Source: a virus. Taken from it: DNA of 64,000 bases. This document shows, in pieces, positions 11,071 through 19,754 of this stretch. The first letter of the stretch is position 1, and each line of letters opens with the position of its first letter. Location: positions 32,110-96,109 of the IMG/VR virus record IMGVR_UViG_3300037054_000079, one strand, 5' to 3'. Under the pieces are notes generated by a model. That model had not been told where the DNA came from. It saw nothing but the letters and a program-made list of their open reading frames with translations, and ran no database searches. The translations under genes and the position numbers were made by a program.

Positions 11071-11328
11071 ATGGCTAGGAATGACAAACGCATTGACTCT
11101 TACCTCGCAATCGACAGCGAGCGCGACTTTCAAGACGAGAAGTTTGCAGGCCAGCTCAATCTCTCAATCAGTGAGAACCTTCACGTTATGGAGAAGTTAC
11201 TCTCAGACGCGAAGACCAAATGGTATTATGGTGACTCGGAAGACGCGCTCAATCATGTGCGCAAGGTCGCCGCAGTTGCCACTCGGACTATGGAAGTCCA
11301 CGGTTCACCGCTTCGCAAACCGGCTTGA
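11071..11328 (+). CDS. MazG-like all-alpha NTP pyrophosphohydrolase-like protein
   Basis: ERDFQDEKF...RKVAAVATRTMEVHG pattern. Confidence 0.5.
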   Translation: MARNDKRIDSYLAIDSERDFQDEKFAGQLNLSISENLHVMEKLLSDAKTKWYYGDSEDALNHVRKVAAVATRTMEVHGSPLRKPA

Positions 11329-11353
11329 CAGGCGCATGCGGTGCGCGTAAAAG
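11325..11353 (+). promoter_or_regulatory. candidate sigma70 promoter
   Basis: TTGACA-17 nt-TAAAAG upstream of gene 11394. Confidence 0.4.
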
Positions 11354-11393
11354 CGCACCACCTAACCAAAACCCAAACCAAGGAAGTCCCCAC

Positions 11394-11936
11394 ATGAGCG
11401 ATGATCCCAAAGTCAAAGCACTCGAATTGGCAATCCACGGCGGCGGCGATCATGCCCAAGTCGTCGCCCGCGCGGCTGCCTATCACTCCTACCTAACCGG
11501 CGGTAAGCTCGCGCCAGTGGCTACTACAGCAGGCAAATCCGGCACTGCACCAGCCGCGACCGGCAAGCCTGCGCCTGCTGCGACGACTGGCAAGCCCGCA
11601 CAGCAGACAGCCAAGCCCGGCGCTGCGACCGGCAAGCCCGCACAGGCGGCCAAGCCCGCTGCTAAACCTGCTGCGGCAGCGGCTCAGGCTGGAAAATACT
11701 CGATTGACCAAGTTCGCGAGATCATCAAGAAGGTCGTCGCGACCGATGGCCTTGGCAAAGAGATGGCCGTCGAACTGCTCGACACCGAGGGCGGCGTCAA
11801 GAAAATCAGCGATCTCAAGCCCGCCGATTACGACAAGGTGTATGAGGCGTGCGATGGTGCGCTTCACGGTGGCGAAGCCGGTGCGACCGGCGACGCAGGC
11901 GCGGTCGAGTTCGACGAAGACGATCCGACCGCGTAA
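11394..11936 (+). CDS. replication-associated protein with TGKPA/AKPA linker, small helical C-domain and acidic tail
   Basis: Low-complexity linker, KKISDLKPADYDKV domain, tail EFDEDDPTA; type of gene commonly found near DUF2800/DUF2815. Confidence 0.75.
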   Translation: MSDDPKVKALELAIHGGGDHAQVVARAAAYHSYLTGGKLAPVATTAGKSGTAPAATGKPAPAATTGKPAQQTAKPGAATGKPAQAAKPAAKPAAAAAQAGKYSIDQVREIIKKVVATDGLGKEMAVELLDTEGGVKKISDLKPADYDKVYEACDGALHGGEAGATGDAGAVEFDEDDPTA

Positions 11937-12105
11937 GCGGTCGGCCTATGCACGGTTAGGGGTCGTGTGAAACCTGAGCCGAGTCTATCCCCGCATCGCC
12001 GCAAGGCGAGAACTCGGCTTGGGACCGTCTTACTTATGGGGCGGGTCGTAATCCTCCGTGATGCGACATGCAAACCGCTCCATAAGTAAGACGGCTCACA
12101 TGGAG
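11925..12105 (+). ncRNA. candidate structured RNA element
   Basis: Three consecutive stems, two with GNRA loops, plus a 20-bp stem CCGTCTTACTTATGGGGCGG/CCGCTCCATAAGTAAGACGG. Confidence 0.45.
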
Positions 12106-12111
12106 GTTACG

Positions 12112-12441
12112 ATGAAAGTTTCACGACAGGTCACGATCACCGGCTCGACGTTCTACTTGAACGCGACGGCGTACATCAAGCGGCTTCGCCCCGGCGATCC
12201 GCTGATCCTCAAGCGCGAACCCGAACTCAAGTATGACCCGAACGCGGTCGCGATATACATGCCATCAGGATTTGGCGATAAGCAACTCGGCTATGTCCCG
12301 CGCGGACTCGCCGCCGAGCTTGCGCCGATTATGGACGCAGGAACGGAAGTGGCCGCTGTGCGCGCGCGCACCGCGCTCGAAGGCGTGTTGCAATTAACTT
12401 GGGATGATGGCACGCCCGAACCAGAACCGGAGGCTGCATAA
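12112..12441 (+). CDS. HIRAN-domain protein
   Basis: LKREPELKYDPNAVAIY...QLGYVPRGLAAELAPIMD. Confidence 0.9.
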   Translation: MKVSRQVTITGSTFYLNATAYIKRLRPGDPLILKREPELKYDPNAVAIYMPSGFGDKQLGYVPRGLAAELAPIMDAGTEVAAVRARTALEGVLQLTWDDGTPEPEPEAA

Positions 12442-12442
12442 C

Positions 12443-12739
12443 ATGGCAACGAACAACAGTTCTTCTAGCGGCGGCATCGGCTTCCTTGGCCTGCTCACCA
12501 TCCTATTCATCGGACTCAAGCTCACGCACTATATTGATTGGTCGTGGTGGTGGGTCCTCGCGCCGATTTGGGGCGTGTTCGCGGTCGTGCTCGCCGTTCT
12601 CGGAGTTGGCGCGTTTGTCTATGTTCTTGGCTTGGGCGCTCCTATTACGCTCGACGCTTTTGCGAAAAGAAAGAGACGAGCGCGGCGAGATGAACTGGAT
12701 CGCTTGATAAAGGCGTCGTCAAAAGCTGACAAGCCATAA
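12443..12739 (+). CDS. membrane protein
   Basis: GIGFLGLLTILFIGLKL...IDWSWWWVLAPIW, common phage transmembrane family. Confidence 0.75.
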   Translation: MATNNSSSSGGIGFLGLLTILFIGLKLTHYIDWSWWWVLAPIWGVFAVVLAVLGVGAFVYVLGLGAPITLDAFAKRKRRARRDELDRLIKASSKADKP

Positions 12740-12849
12740 TGCCGGAAGACGAGCGCCCATGGTGGCCGGTCCCGTCCGAGGTAGTTGAGCCTAGTGGAGT
12801 CGATCACGAAGACGAAGCCGACAATGCGTACATGGAGAGTGAGTGAGTC

Positions 12850-13371
12850 GTGACCACAGTTGCATACAAAGCTGGCATTATGGCGTGCGATAGTTGCTAC
12901 GCCGAAGATGAAATGCTTATCACCCGCCGCAGCAAGATCACGCGCCTTGCGTCCGGCGCACTGCTTGGCAAAGCAGGCGACTCGGATGACCGGCACGTCG
13001 AGGCGCTATTTGCCCACGTCAAAACCCCGCGCGGGATGCCGACTCGAAAACAGATTTTAGAGTTGCAGATTGACTATTATGGATTGTTCGTGCTGCCGAA
13101 GGGCCGCATCTTTCTCATAACGATCACTCCGCCCAATAAAGACAAGGGACATGATCATTGGTCCGGCGGCATCGACGAGATCGGCGAGAGCTTCTATGCT
13201 ATCGGCACAGGCGCGGCGCACGCGCTCACTGCAATGGAGTGCAATCGGTCAGCCAAGGAAGCGGTCAAGTTCGCATGCCAGCGTGACTTGAACTCACGCC
13301 CGCCGATCCATGTCGTGCCGCTCAAGAAGCCGCCACGCGCGGCGAAAGTCAAGCCGAAGCGGAGAGCATAA
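12850..13371 (+). CDS. Ntn-hydrolase (HslV/proteasome-beta-like) peptidase
   Basis: N-terminal TT, MACDS, KI, GxAG, YAIGTGA, AVKFAC..D. Confidence 0.7.
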   Translation: MTTVAYKAGIMACDSCYAEDEMLITRRSKITRLASGALLGKAGDSDDRHVEALFAHVKTPRGMPTRKQILELQIDYYGLFVLPKGRIFLITITPPNKDKGHDHWSGGIDEIGESFYAIGTGAAHALTAMECNRSAKEAVKFACQRDLNSRPPIHVVPLKKPPRAAKVKPKRRA

Positions 13372-15210
13372 TGCCCTTGGACTTGCCAGCCTTTTCGATC
13401 AACCCCGCAGCCGTTAAAGTCGTGGATGCGGCGTGCAGGCTTGTCGATGGTGGCGTCGGCAATTTTAGGCAGACCATGGTCGATTGGGACGCGCTCGTTA
13501 AGGCTGTTGCCAACTATCGCACCAGCCCTGATCCGAATGCTGCTAAACGTAATCGCGACGAACACGGGCCGGACATCCCGACTCAAGACCTCGATTGGAG
13601 AAGCAGACAGTGAGCCAAATGCATCCGATGCTCGTGCCGCTCTTGAACAAGTGCGAGCCGCCTGCTCGCGTGGTCGCGTTTGCAGTCCCGACGCGCATCC
13701 TGCGCATCCTGCAAACGGACGAGGCCGGGTGTACTTTCCGAGTCGAGCAACTCGTCGAGCACGGCGGCTTTGGCGGCCCGGAGCCAAAAGGCGACTGGAA
13801 AACCCTATCGACGCACGGCAATCAAGTACCGGGGCAGTCCCTTAGTGTTGCATTCGAGGCGCTTTGGAAAGCGCAGACAAACTTGATCTATAAACTCAAG
13901 AAGCGTATGGCATCGAAATTCCCGACCGTAGCGCAGCCGAATGGGGCCGTAAAATGAAACGGGTCAAGACAATAATCGCGACCGATAATGGTGGCGATGT
14001 TGAACTCCACATCGCGATCAAAGTCATTGTCAAGCACCGTGCTCTCACGCGCGGCGAGAGCCGAACCTTGCTCAACAAGCTTGTCGATGATATGATGTTC
14101 AACGTCAAGAACGCGCCGTACATCGACACGAGCTATGCGGAGATGGCCCTCAAATGAGCAAAATCAACGTGCTGCCCGGCGACGAGCCGCCAACTCCCGA
14201 AGTGCTGGCGCAGGCCATCGTCGATATTGCAGCGGGCCTGAAGAAGCTCAATGCGTCTCGACTGAAAAGCAATGCGGTCGTGCTTCTCGTGCACGAGGCC
14301 AGCGGCGTCGGCAAGCCAGCAGTGCGCGCAGTTCTCGATGCGCTTGCCACTCTCGAACAAACGTATCTGAAACCGAAAGACCGGAAATGAGCATCGCCAA
14401 AGTCGAGCCGGTTAGCAAAGATCGCATCGTGATCCGTATGTCCCCCGGCTATAAAGCCGTGACGTTCAAGCTTGCTGACGGCGGAGCCGAATGTGTGATA
14501 CTCGACAAGGACTCGACCGAAACAACACGGCTAGGCGTCGCGCCACCGCAGCCCGGCCACATGCTAGAGATCAATCATATTGACTACGGCGTCGAAATAG
14601 TATACCGAGCCAAACCATGAAGCCCGAAACAATCAGTACGCTCGCGCTCGTTATTGTGGTCGTTATCATGCTGAGCGTGATCGCGCTTTTCGCGCGCGGA
14701 GTACTCGTCTAATGCTCAGGAAATGGATTGACATCTGGCTTGAGTGGCTCGAACAGTTTCGGCGCTTGGTCGTGCCAGATAAGGATCGCGACAATGGCGT
14801 CTCGTAGAGTGGAAGAATACGCCCACCAATACGGACTGTCCAACCGCCAAGCGAAGCGGCGCATGGGCGGACGCCGGTCCGAGTCCGGCGTTTTCCAGAT
14901 CGCGCGTGGCGCTGCGGTGCAGGGCACCGGCAAAAAAGGTAAGAGTGCAAAGAAAGGCGCAGGCGGAGCATGACAAAACAGACAGTAAGGACAACGACAA
15001 AGCTGGCGACAAAGCCCGCACCGCAACAGACCACGCGGCACTATGGTCCGTGTCCGGCTTGTTCGGGCAGCGGCAAGCTGCGCAATTTGGTGCGGGCGCG
15101 CAACGTGAAACAACTGCGGAGCCAAGTGCCTGCGGCGGAGCGCAACAGAATGTGCAATATCTGCGGCGGCAAAGGTCAAGTCATCACAAGGGAAACGACA
15201 AAGAATTAAC

Positions 15211-16548
15211 ATGGCAGACAACGGACACCGGAAGCTATCCCCCTCAAGTAGCCATCGTTGGATGAACTGCGCCGGGAGCATCGCGCTCATTGGCGACGAG
15301 TCATCGTCCGCCGGTATGCCCGCGATGATGGGCACCGCCGCGCACAAGGTCATCGAGACGATGATCTCGAACAATGAGCATGAGGCTCGCGAGTATCTTG
15401 GCAAGGTCGTTCTTGTCAAGCAAGCTGGCGACGAGCCATCCGAACTTCACGACAGCGCCGATCCATACATGCTCAACACAGACGGCACGACGCGCGCCGG
15501 GTGGTTCGCGTTCCCGGTCAATGAGGATATGGTCAGAAGCGTGCAAGTCACCATCGACGAGTGCGACCGCATCATCGCCGATATGTTTCACCCGGAAATC
15601 TTCGCCGAACGCTTCCTCGATATGTCGTGGCTCGATCCGCGCTGCGGCGGCACCGCCGACTTCACCGCCGTCGAGCCGTTCGGTGTCGCGCACTTGGTCG
15701 ATCACAAGAATGGCCGCGTCGTCGTCGAGGTCGTGGACAACGATCAGTTGAAGAACTACGCGGTGGGCGTGGCGCACGAACATCCTGACTGTGAAAGCGT
15801 GCGCGTCACGATCTCGCAGCCGAACGCGCCGCATGCGGAAGGCGCGGTGCGCATGGTCGAGTTCACGCGCGACGAACTGGCGATCTATGAAATCGAAATC
15901 AAGAAGGCTGCCGACGCCACGGCGATGCCGAACGCGCCACTGCGCGCGGGCGATTGGTGCGAGTGGTGCCCGGCCAAGACGCGCTGCCCGGCGTTCGAAG
16001 CAATGGCGATGGCTGAGGCTGCCGAGGACTTTGGGTTTAGTCCGGCTGAGGGACGAATGCCGGAGACGTTCGATGTGCTAGGCGAACTGGACGTTCCCAC
16101 GGTCAACACCGAGCGCACCGACGATCTCTATCGCAAGCGCAAGCTGATCCCACTGCTCGATCAGTGGTCGCGTGAGGTTGACTCGGCGATCCTGACGCAT
16201 CTCATGAACGGTGTGCCAGTCGGCGATCTCAAACTCGTGCGCGGCAAAACGAACCGCAAGTTCATCGTCGATAATGTCGAGGTCGAACAGCGGGTCAACA
16301 AGGATGTGCCGGGTGTCGCTCTCGTTGACTTGTGGACTGAGCCGAAGTTCAAAGGTCCGGCGCAAGTCGAGAAGCTTGGCGCGGACAAGGACGAACGCAA
16401 GCTCATGAAGGCCATCGTCGCCGAACTCGCCGCGAAACCGCCGGGCAAGTTGTCTGTCGCGCTCGCGAACGATCCGCGTCCGGCGGTCGATCCCGCCGAA
16501 GAAGCGGCGACTGAGTTCGCCGCCGACCCAATCGAGGGAGAGGATTGA
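15211..16548 (+). CDS. DUF2800 PD-(D/E)xK (Cas4-like) exonuclease
   Basis: HRKLSPSSSHRWMNC, GTAAH, GGTAD, VDHKNG, NDQLKNYA, GDWCEWCPAKTRC. Confidence 0.9.
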   Translation: MADNGHRKLSPSSSHRWMNCAGSIALIGDESSSAGMPAMMGTAAHKVIETMISNNEHEAREYLGKVVLVKQAGDEPSELHDSADPYMLNTDGTTRAGWFAFPVNEDMVRSVQVTIDECDRIIADMFHPEIFAERFLDMSWLDPRCGGTADFTAVEPFGVAHLVDHKNGRVVVEVVDNDQLKNYAVGVAHEHPDCESVRVTISQPNAPHAEGAVRMVEFTRDELAIYEIEIKKAADATAMPNAPLRAGDWCEWCPAKTRCPAFEAMAMAEAAEDFGFSPAEGRMPETFDVLGELDVPTVNTERTDDLYRKRKLIPLLDQWSREVDSAILTHLMNGVPVGDLKLVRGKTNRKFIVDNVEVEQRVNKDVPGVALVDLWTEPKFKGPAQVEKLGADKDERKLMKAIVAELAAKPPGKLSVALANDPRPAVDPAEEAATEFAADPIEGED

Positions 16549-17422
16549 TGCCTAGCGCCGCCGATGAAAGCTTCGAGCAGAGTCGCGGGGATGTGCACGC
16601 GAAACCAATTCACGCTGACATTACGGAGGGGATACACCTATTGTCCCGCTCGAACTTCTATTTAGCCGAGGACGCGCGCCGACCGGAGGGTCCAAATATC
16701 GGGTCGAATGGCGAGCACCTTACCATCTCTTTTTTATCGCTCAACCGGACGCACCTTGCCGAACGGCTGGGCGCACTGGAATGGTTGAATGAGAGGGCTA
16801 GGATATGAGTAGCATCCTGTCTACCGACGATGAAGCTCTTGTAAAGCGCATTCGAGGTCCACAGCGAGAAACGATCAATGCAGTCGCCGACGAGCATACC
16901 CGTCAGCTACTTCTTGCGGCGTTTGGTTTTCGCAATTCGACGCTTGGGCAACGCCGCGCGGTATCGCGCCGAATAACTCTGGCGCTGAAAAAACAAATTC
17001 TTGCCTATCCGGCGGGAGTGTACGACCGCACAATCGCGCAACAGTTGAATGTAGCGATCAATCCTGTATCGCGGCTACGTCGAGGGACTCGAAAATGAAG
17101 CCAGTCCCAACAAAAGATGCCACGCACAAGTTTGCCAAGCCCGCGAATTGGGACGACGAGGCGAACGGCAAGTGCGGCGATCTGTCCGTTCGCGTGCAGA
17201 AGTTCGGCGCGACCGAACTTATTGAGTGCGTAAGCACGTGGGCACCGACAGAGGCAGAACTCATACTGCTCTTGCGCGGCGGAGTCGTAGTTCTGAGCAT
17301 CGTCGGAACGCAGCCGCCGGTCGCAGTCACCGCCGAGGATTGTCCGCACATGGTCTTCGACGACAGCACTGCGCCGCTGCCGGATGAAGACAGTCTCGGA
17401 CGCGAGCCGGAGGCGGGCAACG

Positions 17423-18046
17423 ATGGTGGCTAAACCTTACAAGTGCATCGTCTGCGGCAACACAGACCCGGACACGTTCGCCCGATGCTATCATCCGGGA
17501 TGTCCGGACGGTCACGATCAGCCGGGGCGCTTCCCGAGCTATCCGCCGACGCCCCTCACAGCCGAGGACCGGCGCGCGGGCCGCGTGATACTGCTCATTC
17601 TTGCATTCTTGCTTATCAGCATGGTCTACGCCTGCAATCTCGTTCTGAGTACAGCGCACGCAGCCGATCACGGTTATGACCACTCCGCGCCGGTCGTGCA
17701 GTGGTTTGACGGCCTGTTGCAGCCGGATCGGCCAGTCGCCGCGACCGATCCACTCCTATACGGATGCTGCACAAAGAGCGACGCTTACGAGGCCGACATC
17801 TATGACGTGGAGGGCTACAACACAGGCCGAAAAATGTGCAACGCGACGATCACAGAGGGCAGCGAGAAGAAGTTTGCGGATAGCAGCACTCGTACAGCCA
17901 TCCCGAACGGTACAAAGATTGAGTTCGCTTGCTCTAAAGTGAACCCGCCAAAAGACGGCAACCCGACAGGGCACGCATGGATTTTTGCGGCTGCTAGTGG
18001 CGTTCATACCACGTTCTGTTTTGTCCCACTACTGCCGGGGTCGTGA
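17423..18046 (+). CDS. membrane-anchored/exported Cys-rich protein
   Basis: Hydrophobic segment with AHA signal-like site; CC..SDAYEAD; GNPTGH...FCF. Confidence 0.6.
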   Translation: MVAKPYKCIVCGNTDPDTFARCYHPGCPDGHDQPGRFPSYPPTPLTAEDRRAGRVILLILAFLLISMVYACNLVLSTAHAADHGYDHSAPVVQWFDGLLQPDRPVAATDPLLYGCCTKSDAYEADIYDVEGYNTGRKMCNATITEGSEKKFADSSTRTAIPNGTKIEFACSKVNPPKDGNPTGHAWIFAAASGVHTTFCFVPLLPGS

Positions 18047-18246
18047 CATGAGTTGTGAGGGCTGCAAAGAGCGTCGAGAAGCGGCTGCGGCGCTGCTGCG
18101 CGAGATGCGCGACTCATTCCTGCGCAAAGTAGGCGTCATACACATGCCGCCGCCAAAAGAAATTCAACCGCCGAAGGTTGACTCGCCGAGCGGGCGGTGA
18201 TAAGTCCCGCGTGCCACTTAAAACCAAAACCATGAAAGGATACAAG

Positions 18247-18882
18247 ATGGCAACGAAAGCAGCGACGCCCGCAAAGGCGTTAAAAACTCCGAGGTTCCGC
18301 GTGAGCTTCGAGAGCGTGTTCGAAAAGTCCGCCTTTGGCACCAGCACTCCAAGTTGGTCGCTTACCGGGCTGTTCTACCCCAAGACTTTCACCGACGACG
18401 AGAAGCAAAAGTGGATGGCTATCCGCAAGCAGCTTGACGTTGTGTCGCTGGAAGCTTTCAAGAAGCCGATGAAAGAACTCGACCGGGGTCTCTACAAGAC
18501 GCCGTATCACAAGGGCAACGAAAAGTCCTATGAAGGCTACGGCGATCCGGATATGGTCTACTTCCGTATGGCAAGCGCGCTGCGCAAGCCACAGATCGTA
18601 GACTTGACCGGCAACGCGATCACCATCGAGAACCGAGAAGAATTTTACTCGGGATGTTGGGCGCGCGCTTCGGTCAACGTGTTCGCGAGCGTCAAGTGGA
18701 AGTCCCTGTCCATTGGTCTCGGTAATCTGCAAAAGATCAAGGACGATACATCGTTCATGGGCGGTACATCAGCCGAGGAAGATTTCGGTGGTGACACGCC
18801 TGAGTTCGAGACGGGCACGGATGACACCGATTTTGGTATCGGTGGCTCTGCGGCTGACGAGGATGACGATCCGACCGCGTAA
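18247..18882 (+). CDS. ssDNA-binding protein (DUF2815 family)
   Basis: RVSFESVFE, KPQIVD, FYSGCWARASVN, GLGNLQKIKDD, acidic tail. Confidence 0.9.
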   Translation: MATKAATPAKALKTPRFRVSFESVFEKSAFGTSTPSWSLTGLFYPKTFTDDEKQKWMAIRKQLDVVSLEAFKKPMKELDRGLYKTPYHKGNEKSYEGYGDPDMVYFRMASALRKPQIVDLTGNAITIENREEFYSGCWARASVNVFASVKWKSLSIGLGNLQKIKDDTSFMGGTSAEEDFGGDTPEFETGTDDTDFGIGGSAADEDDDPTA

Positions 18883-18915
18883 GCGGTAGGCTAGGCGGCG
18901 CGAAAGCGTGAGCCG

Positions 18916-18960
18916 ATCCTCGGCGAACTTCTCCATGGCTCGCCGGGGATTTTCTTCTTT
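18916..18960 (+). terminator. intrinsic terminator after SSB gene
   Basis: ATCCTCGGCGA...TCGCCGGGGAT stem followed by TTTCTTCTTT. Confidence 0.6.
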
Positions 18961-19252
18961 GCAAAGGACAAGAGATGTTCACACGAAATCCGCCGCCGCC
19001 CCCGGCTCCGCCGCCGCCGGTTATCACCAAGATCGAGTTACTCGCCGACGCTATAGAGGCCATGGTGGTCGCGGTGAACGTCGCGCTTAAAGACCCGCCG
19101 CCGCGTAACGCATACGTCGCGGTTAAAACAGCCCGCGATGAAATGGCGACAGCCTTGCGAGAGTTTTTGCTGCCCACATTGCGAGTTGTCGGCGGACGGG
19201 ATATGGATAGTTTCATAGATGATCCATTCCAGTTTGGGCCTCCGAAGAAACA

Positions 19253-19753
19253 ATGAGGGACCGGCTCACAGTTTTTCGAGATGATAAGCACCGACGCGGT
19301 GTCGAGTCAGCCCGACGATACCGCGCGGCGCATCCTGAGCGCGTTGAAGGATCGTTCGCCCGCTGGCGTAAAGCTAACCCTACAACTTCGGCTGAGCGCC
19401 GCCGCGCCGATATAGCATGGTGCAAGAAACATCCTGTTCGCTACCTATTACGTGGCGCGCGTGCTAGGGCTAAGCGCAAAGGCATCCCGTTCAATTTATG
19501 TGAGGCTGACCTTTTACCCGCGCCAAAATGGTGCCCCATCTTAGGGCTGCGTCTTATCTACGGTGTTGACGGCAAAAGCCGACACCTGTACGAGAACGGA
19601 GCCGCAGCGTCACTAGACCGCATCAAAAATGCACGGGGATACGTGAAAGGAAATGTCATCATCATAAGCTTGCGTGCTAATCTTTTGAAGGGTCAGGCTA
19701 CATTGACTGAACTCAAAAGGATCGCCGCCTTCTATTCACGGATAGGAGGCTAA
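19253..19753 (+). CDS. HNH-type homing endonuclease
   Basis: RARAKRKGIPFNL, CPILG, ASLDRI...RGYVKGNVIIISLRANLLK. Confidence 0.85.
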   Translation: MRDRLTVFRDDKHRRGVESARRYRAAHPERVEGSFARWRKANPTTSAERRRADIAWCKKHPVRYLLRGARARAKRKGIPFNLCEADLLPAPKWCPILGLRLIYGVDGKSRHLYENGAAASLDRIKNARGYVKGNVIIISLRANLLKGQATLTELKRIAAFYSRIGG

Positions 19754-19754
19754 A

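Noticed and set aside
15211-16548. Cas4-like nuclease as evidence of CRISPR-Cas
   Set aside because: DUF2800 is a standard phage replication nuclease; no repeat-spacer array or other cas genes seen
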